The notes beneath the pieces are model-generated. The model saw nothing but the letters and a program-made list of their open reading frames with translations. It was not told where the DNA came from and made no database searches. Below, piece by piece: positions 59,151 to 64,000 of a stretch of DNA of 64,000 nt. The stretch's first letter is position 1, and the number at the start of each line of letters is the position of its first letter. Source of the DNA: Synergistales bacterium (GTDB lineage: Bacteria; Synergistota; Synergistia; Synergistales; JAFGMB01); NCBI GenBank assembly GCA_963666205.1, contig OY762654.1:2368001-2432000 (forward strand), in the 5' to 3' direction. The translations under genes and the position numbers were made by a program.

Positions 59151-60983
59151 ATGAAATCCGGTAACAAAGAGCCTAACAGGCTCATAAACGAAAGATCCCC
59201 CTACCTCCTGCAGCATGCCCATAATCCGGTGGACTGGTACCCATGGGGAAAAGAAGCATTTCAGAAGGCCAGGGAGGAAGATAAACCGGTTTTTCTATCC
59301 ATAGGTTATTCTACATGTCACTGGTGCCATGTCATGGAAAGAGAATGTTTTGACCACCCTGAAGTAGCAGAACTTATGAACGATGTCTGTGTCTGTATCA
59401 AGGTGGACAGGGAGGAAAGGCCTGACCTGGATGGGAATTTTATGGCAGTCAGCCAGGTCATGAACAACAGCGGGGGCTGGCCCCTTAATGTTTTTCTGAC
59501 ACCCGATGGAAGACCTTTTTTTGCAGGAACGTACATACCAAGGGAAAGGAAAGGGCAAATACCAGGTATGATGGATATCTTTCCAAGGGTCAAATGGCTC
59601 TGGTCTACCCAGAGGGAACAGATCCTCCAGTCTGCCGAAGGCCTTGTGGAATCTCTCAAAAAGGGTTCTTCCCTGGAGCCCGGAGATATGCCTGATCGTG
59701 TAGTTATAGATAGCTGTTTTAAGGAACTGGAGAAAAATTTTGATGAAGAATGGGGAGGGTTCTTTTCTGCACCTAAATTCCCCATGCCTGGTATTCTCCT
59801 GTTCCTGCTTCAGTACTGGCAGAACTATGGTGATGTGAGATCCCTTGAAATGGTTGAAAAAACCTTAACCAGAATGAGCCTGGGAGGTATATATGATCAT
59901 CTGGGCGGCGGATTTCACCGGTATTCTACAGATGAAAAGTGGTTCCTGCCTCATTTTGAGAAGATGTTATATGACCAGGCTCTTCTCATGGTGATCTATA
60001 CCAGGGCCTTTGCAGTTACAGGAGACCCCCTTTTCAAAAGGACTCTGGAAGATATAGCCGGTTATGTATTGTCCGATATGACATCTCCAGAAGGTCCTTT
60101 TTACTCGGCTGAAGATGCCGATAGTGAAGGAGTAGAGGGGAAATTTTATACCTGGGAACAGGGTGAAGTAATCAGTGCTTTAGGGGAAGAGGGGGAGTTT
60201 TTTCTCGAAATATACAACGTCGAAAAGGGCGGGAATTTCGATGAAGAGAGCTCTGGTAAAAAAACGGGTTCCAATATCCTGTTCAGGGAGAAAAGATTTA
60301 CAGAAATAGCCACTCAGAAAAATATCCACGAAGAGGAGATCTGTAATCTTATTGACCGTAACAGGGCAGATCTTCTTAAAGTCCGTAATGAAAGGGTAAG
60401 ACCCTTTAAAGACGACAAGATCCTCACGGACTGGAACGGACTGATGATAGCCGCTTTTGCATATGCTGGAAGGATATTGGGTAATATCGATTATATTAAC
60501 AGGGCTGAGAAGGCTCTTGACTTCTTCCTGCGAAAAATGAAAACTCCCGAGGGCAAACTTTTTCATAGGTATAGGGATGGAGAAGCTGCTGTTGAAGCCT
60601 TTCTTGATGACTACGTTTTTATGGTCTGGGGAATAAATGAAATATTCAAGGCTACCCGGAAGGAAGAACTCCTTCTTGAGTCCTTAAAGTTTATGGATAC
60701 CATGACCGTTCTTTTCTGGGATAACGAAAAAGGAGGTTTCTATGCTACTTCCGAAGGCTCTGAGGACCTGTTCTTCAGGAGGAAAGAAGCCTATGACGGG
60801 GCTATTCTTTCAGCCAATTCCGTAGCCATGGATAATTTCATTGAACTGGCAAAGCTTACAGGTAAAAATGAATTTACAGAGATGGCCAGGGTCATAGCGA
60901 GAGCCTTTGGACAGCAGGTAAGGCTCCTGCCTTCCTCCCATTCTTATCTGCTTGCCTCGGTGATGAAAATGGAGCATATCTAA
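59151..60983 (+). CDS. YyaL/SPATA20-like thioredoxin-domain protein
   Basis: [72 protein letters not shown]. Confidence 0.93.
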   Translation: MKSGNKEPNRLINERSPYLLQHAHNPVDWYPWGKEAFQKAREEDKPVFLSIGYSTCHWCHVMERECFDHPEVAELMNDVCVCIKVDREERPDLDGNFMAVSQVMNNSGGWPLNVFLTPDGRPFFAGTYIPRERKGQIPGMMDIFPRVKWLWSTQREQILQSAEGLVESLKKGSSLEPGDMPDRVVIDSCFKELEKNFDEEWGGFFSAPKFPMPGILLFLLQYWQNYGDVRSLEMVEKTLTRMSLGGIYDHLGGGFHRYSTDEKWFLPHFEKMLYDQALLMVIYTRAFAVTGDPLFKRTLEDIAGYVLSDMTSPEGPFYSAEDADSEGVEGKFYTWEQGEVISALGEEGEFFLEIYNVEKGGNFDEESSGKKTGSNILFREKRFTEIATQKNIHEEEICNLIDRNRADLLKVRNERVRPFKDDKILTDWNGLMIAAFAYAGRILGNIDYINRAEKALDFFLRKMKTPEGKLFHRYRDGEAAVEAFLDDYVFMVWGINEIFKATRKEELLLESLKFMDTMTVLFWDNEKGGFYATSEGSEDLFFRRKEAYDGAILSANSVAMDNFIELAKLTGKNEFTEMARVIARAFGQQVRLLPSSHSYLLASVMKMEHI

Positions 60984-61609
60984 AGAGACCGGCTTCCGCC
61001 TGTCTCTTTTTTCTCCTTCTTTTTATGAAAAATAAAGTATGTTCCTCCAAGGGCAAAACAGAAAAGGATCAGGATAATGGTTAACCTGTGAAGGTATATG
61101 TTTAAAAGGCTTTCACTGGAACCTACGGCGTAACCCAGAACTGCCAGGATCAGGACCCAGATCCCTGAACCCAGGGCTGTGAAAATGGTGAATTGAATAA
61201 GGTTCATCCGGGCAACACCGGCTGGTAGTGATATATACTGTCTTATGCCAGGAAGGAGTCTCCCGATCAGGGTGCTTATATGCCCGTGTTTCTGAAAATA
61301 TTCCTCAGCCTTGTCAAGGGTGCGGGTTGAAACAAGAAAATATTTTCCATACCTGTTGAAAAAGGGTCTACCGACCTTCAGGGATATCCAGTAATTGAAA
61401 AGGGCGCCCAGAAGGCTTCCAAGGATACCCGCAATGATTACGAGAAAAATATTCATCTGTCCTTTGGAAGCCAGGTATCCGGCAGGGGGAATGACCACTT
61501 CGCTCGGAAAGGGAAAGAAGGATGACTCAAGGAACATCAGGCAGACAATACCCGTATATCCCAACTGACCAATTGTGTTGACAAGCCACGAAACAAGTGT
61601 TGAAAGCAT
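60980..61609 (-). CDS. DedA family membrane protein
   Basis: [26 protein letters not shown]. Confidence 0.93.
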   Translation of the reverse strand: MLSTLVSWLVNTIGQLGYTGIVCLMFLESSFFPFPSEVVIPPAGYLASKGQMNIFLVIIAGILGSLLGALFNYWISLKVGRPFFNRYGKYFLVSTRTLDKAEEYFQKHGHISTLIGRLLPGIRQYISLPAGVARMNLIQFTIFTALGSGIWVLILAVLGYAVGSSESLLNIYLHRLTIILILFCFALGGTYFIFHKKKEKKETGGSRSL

Positions 61610-61685
61610 TATTTTCTCCTAAAATCCCTATCTATAGGGGCGGGCCAGATAATTTTAACATGGCATCTTTGCTTTTAGACTGTCT

Positions 61686-62516
61686 CTACCATTTTTCAAC
61701 GCTTTCCGCCAGATCAAGAGCAACACTTACCCAGCGTCTCATCTCCCTGAAATTATTTCCTCTGAAAACAACTGTTCTTCCATCTTTTCTCATACAATCC
61801 GGGATGACAGCGACAGCATCGCACTGGCTTGAAAGCTGAAAGGATATTTCCAGTTCATAGGGAAGGTCCGGTTTAAAGAAGGGCTGATTTCCCTCATGAA
61901 ACAACTTCACAGCTTCCATGGCGCCAAGTCTTATTTTTTCCCATGTTTCTTCAGGAGAGAGAAGGTTACCGCAGAACTGTCCTCTTCCTGTCTTGACAAA
62001 GGCTGTTATAACCTTTTTTCCAAGAAATTCCTCCGCCTCTGTACAAAGGGCACGATCCCCCGTAGCAAATATAACAGGAACACCGAAATCAGAGCAGAGA
62101 GCAGCATTAAGTCCCAGCTCACCGCATTTCCTGCCATTTAACTTTATGCTGTGGGCAGAAATATCTACAGTGTGGTCCAGCATAGCCCCGGCAGTACCAG
62201 CCATGGCATGATAGCCTATAAAAAAAGCAGCATCGCATCCTGACACTCCTTCCATCATTCCAAGTTCTTTAGGTGATCCGCTTATAAGCTCCATACCCCT
62301 GGGAATTGATCTGACGTCCAGGTTTATCATCCTTGAATGTGCATCATTGATCATTATTTCTGTAACCCCGGCATCTTTTGCTCCCGCAACAGCTGCCAGC
62401 AGATCATGTTCCTGCATTTTTCGGCCGAAGCTGTACTCAGGAGAACCTGCCTTAACCTGAGATGGATTGACTATCCCTGTGGCTCCCTCCATATCAACGC
62501 TCATATAAAGTTTCAA
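61686..62516 (-). CDS. M55 family D-aminopeptidase (Bacillus DppA-like)
   Basis: SVDMEG, NDAH, MMEG, GYHA, DHT, GELGLN, TGD; TTG at 62516 follows GGAGGG. Confidence 0.92.
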   Translation of the reverse strand: MKLYMSVDMEGATGIVNPSQVKAGSPEYSFGRKMQEHDLLAAVAGAKDAGVTEIMINDAHSRMINLDVRSIPRGMELISGSPKELGMMEGVSGCDAAFFIGYHAMAGTAGAMLDHTVDISAHSIKLNGRKCGELGLNAALCSDFGVPVIFATGDRALCTEAEEFLGKKVITAFVKTGRGQFCGNLLSPEETWEKIRLGAMEAVKLFHEGNQPFFKPDLPYELEISFQLSSQCDAVAVIPDCMRKDGRTVVFRGNNFREMRRWVSVALDLAESVEKW

Positions 62517-62605
62517 AACGCAACCCTCCATATTGATTCTGAATTTCCGATCAGCAAGTATCGATCCGGAGATGCGACATTAGGTAGAACAGCGATCAGG
62601 AGTTT

Positions 62606-63952
62606 TCAGGAGCATCCCTTCCTTAGATATTCCATTTCACCCCTGAAAAGGAACAATGCCACTATACATGCTCCAATGTCTGCTACCGGGAAAGCGACCC
62701 ATATACCCTCAAGCGCCCAGATCAGGGGAAGCACAAGAACCAGGGGTATAAGGAAAAAGATCTGCCTGGCCATTGAAAGCATGAGGGCAGGTATGGCTTT
62801 CCCTATGGCCTGATACATGCCGGATGCCATTACCTGGAATCCTACAACAGGAAGTCCCAGTGCTATTATCCTGGATGCGTGAGAACCGATCTTCAATACT
62901 TCCGGGTTTGATGTGAATAGGCTCAGGATCCATGAGGGGAAAAAGAAAAGAATGCCGAAACTGAAAAGACAGATGGCAGTTGAAACTATTATCGCAAGCT
63001 GAATAGCTCTTTGAACCCTGCAGTATTTTTTTGCCCCGAAGTTATAGCCCACTATGGGAAGTAACCCCTGTACTATGCCAAAGATGGGCATTATGGCCAG
63101 CATCATGAGTCTTCGTATTATTCCGAAGGCCGCGATGGCCATATCTCCACCATAAATAGCAAGACTGTGATTCATTATTACTGCTGTAAGGCTGGCTGCC
63201 CCCTGGCGCATGAAGGCAGATGCTCCTATGGCGAATGTTTCCTTCAGTATGCCGAGGTCAGGGTAAAGATCTTTAAGACCTGGCCGCAGGCTGCTCCGCA
63301 GGGAAAGGAAATACCAGGCAAGCCACAGGGCTGTGCATCCCTGTGAAATAATGGTTGCATATGCAGCACCCCTGACACCCATATGAAAAATAAAAATAAA
63401 AACGGGATCGAGGATAGTGTTTACCCCCGCCGAGATAAGCATTGTCATCATTGCGAATTTTGCATTGCCCTCAGCCCTGACCACATTGTTGGATGTGATG
63501 GAAAAGGCAAAAACCACAGTTCCGAGAAAGATTATGGCCATATAGTCCGAGGCGTAAGGTAGAATATCCTTTGTTGCCCCGAAAAGTAAAAGGATAGGTT
63601 CCAGCCAGACAAGGCCAACAACTGCAATGACAAGACTGAGCAGGATCACTGTTCCTATCATGTTTCCCAGAGTTCTGTTAGCCCTGCCGTATTTTCTGGC
63701 ACCCAGACTTCGGGAAATTATGGAGGAACCACCGATACCTATGGTCTGGGCAATGGCCATTATTATCATCTGAAGTGGAAATGCAATTGACAGGCCGGCT
63801 ATGGCAAGAACCCCGACTCCTCTTCCTACAAAAAAAGTATCAACAAGATTGTAGGTAGCCTGAACCATCATCCCGATCATTGCCGGAGAGGACAGCCTGA
63901 AAAGCAGGGAACCGATTCCCTCATTTCCCATAAAATCAGATCTGTCTGTCAT
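62606..63952 (-). CDS. MATE family efflux transporter (MepA-like)
   Basis: YNLVDTFFVG, RAEGNAK, NTILDPVFIF..GVRGAAYAT, PIVGYNFGAK, GIWVAFP. Confidence 0.93.
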   Translation of the reverse strand: MTDRSDFMGNEGIGSLLFRLSSPAMIGMMVQATYNLVDTFFVGRGVGVLAIAGLSIAFPLQMIIMAIAQTIGIGGSSIISRSLGARKYGRANRTLGNMIGTVILLSLVIAVVGLVWLEPILLLFGATKDILPYASDYMAIIFLGTVVFAFSITSNNVVRAEGNAKFAMMTMLISAGVNTILDPVFIFIFHMGVRGAAYATIISQGCTALWLAWYFLSLRSSLRPGLKDLYPDLGILKETFAIGASAFMRQGAASLTAVIMNHSLAIYGGDMAIAAFGIIRRLMMLAIMPIFGIVQGLLPIVGYNFGAKKYCRVQRAIQLAIIVSTAICLFSFGILFFFPSWILSLFTSNPEVLKIGSHASRIIALGLPVVGFQVMASGMYQAIGKAIPALMLSMARQIFFLIPLVLVLPLIWALEGIWVAFPVADIGACIVALFLFRGEMEYLRKGCS

Positions 63953-64000
63953 TGAAATACCCCCGATCATCTGCCTTAAAGTATAGCAGAAACACCTTTT

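Overview
64 kb of mostly core/accessory chromosome from an anaerobic bacterium. Gene content suggests an amino-acid fermenter, possibly Synergistota; this is an inference. The standard genetic code applies and many genes end in TGA. Left to right: a Ste24-type M48 peptidase cut by the window edge (missing from the ORF track), a decayed IS3-family transposase, DUF3343, a larB-larE-larC nickel-pincer cofactor cluster, an RNase HI-SWIM fusion, a baeRF-like release-factor homolog, a peptide/nickel ABC transporter with a circularly permuted binding protein, archease-rtcB, a reductive-dehalogenase-like Fe-S protein, yhaO/yhaN, a c-di-GMP/CheR/hybrid-kinase signalling block, a tRNA nucleotidyltransferase with a short loop (possibly CC-adding), a patatin-beta-barrel protein, remB-gyrB, addAB, iorAB and housekeeping genes. 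The main finding is at 53.2-54.2 kb. Two tandem paralogous small genes, which the ORF track truncates, each have an in-frame TGA at the same aligned position (G-U-G-x-P / F-U-G-x-P). Their homology continues for about 60 codons past the TGA, each TGA is followed by a hairpin, and both proteins have N-terminal hydrophobic export/anchor segments. They look like a pair of exported CC/Se-motif (HesB-like) selenoproteins. No rRNA, tRNA or CRISPR array was seen.
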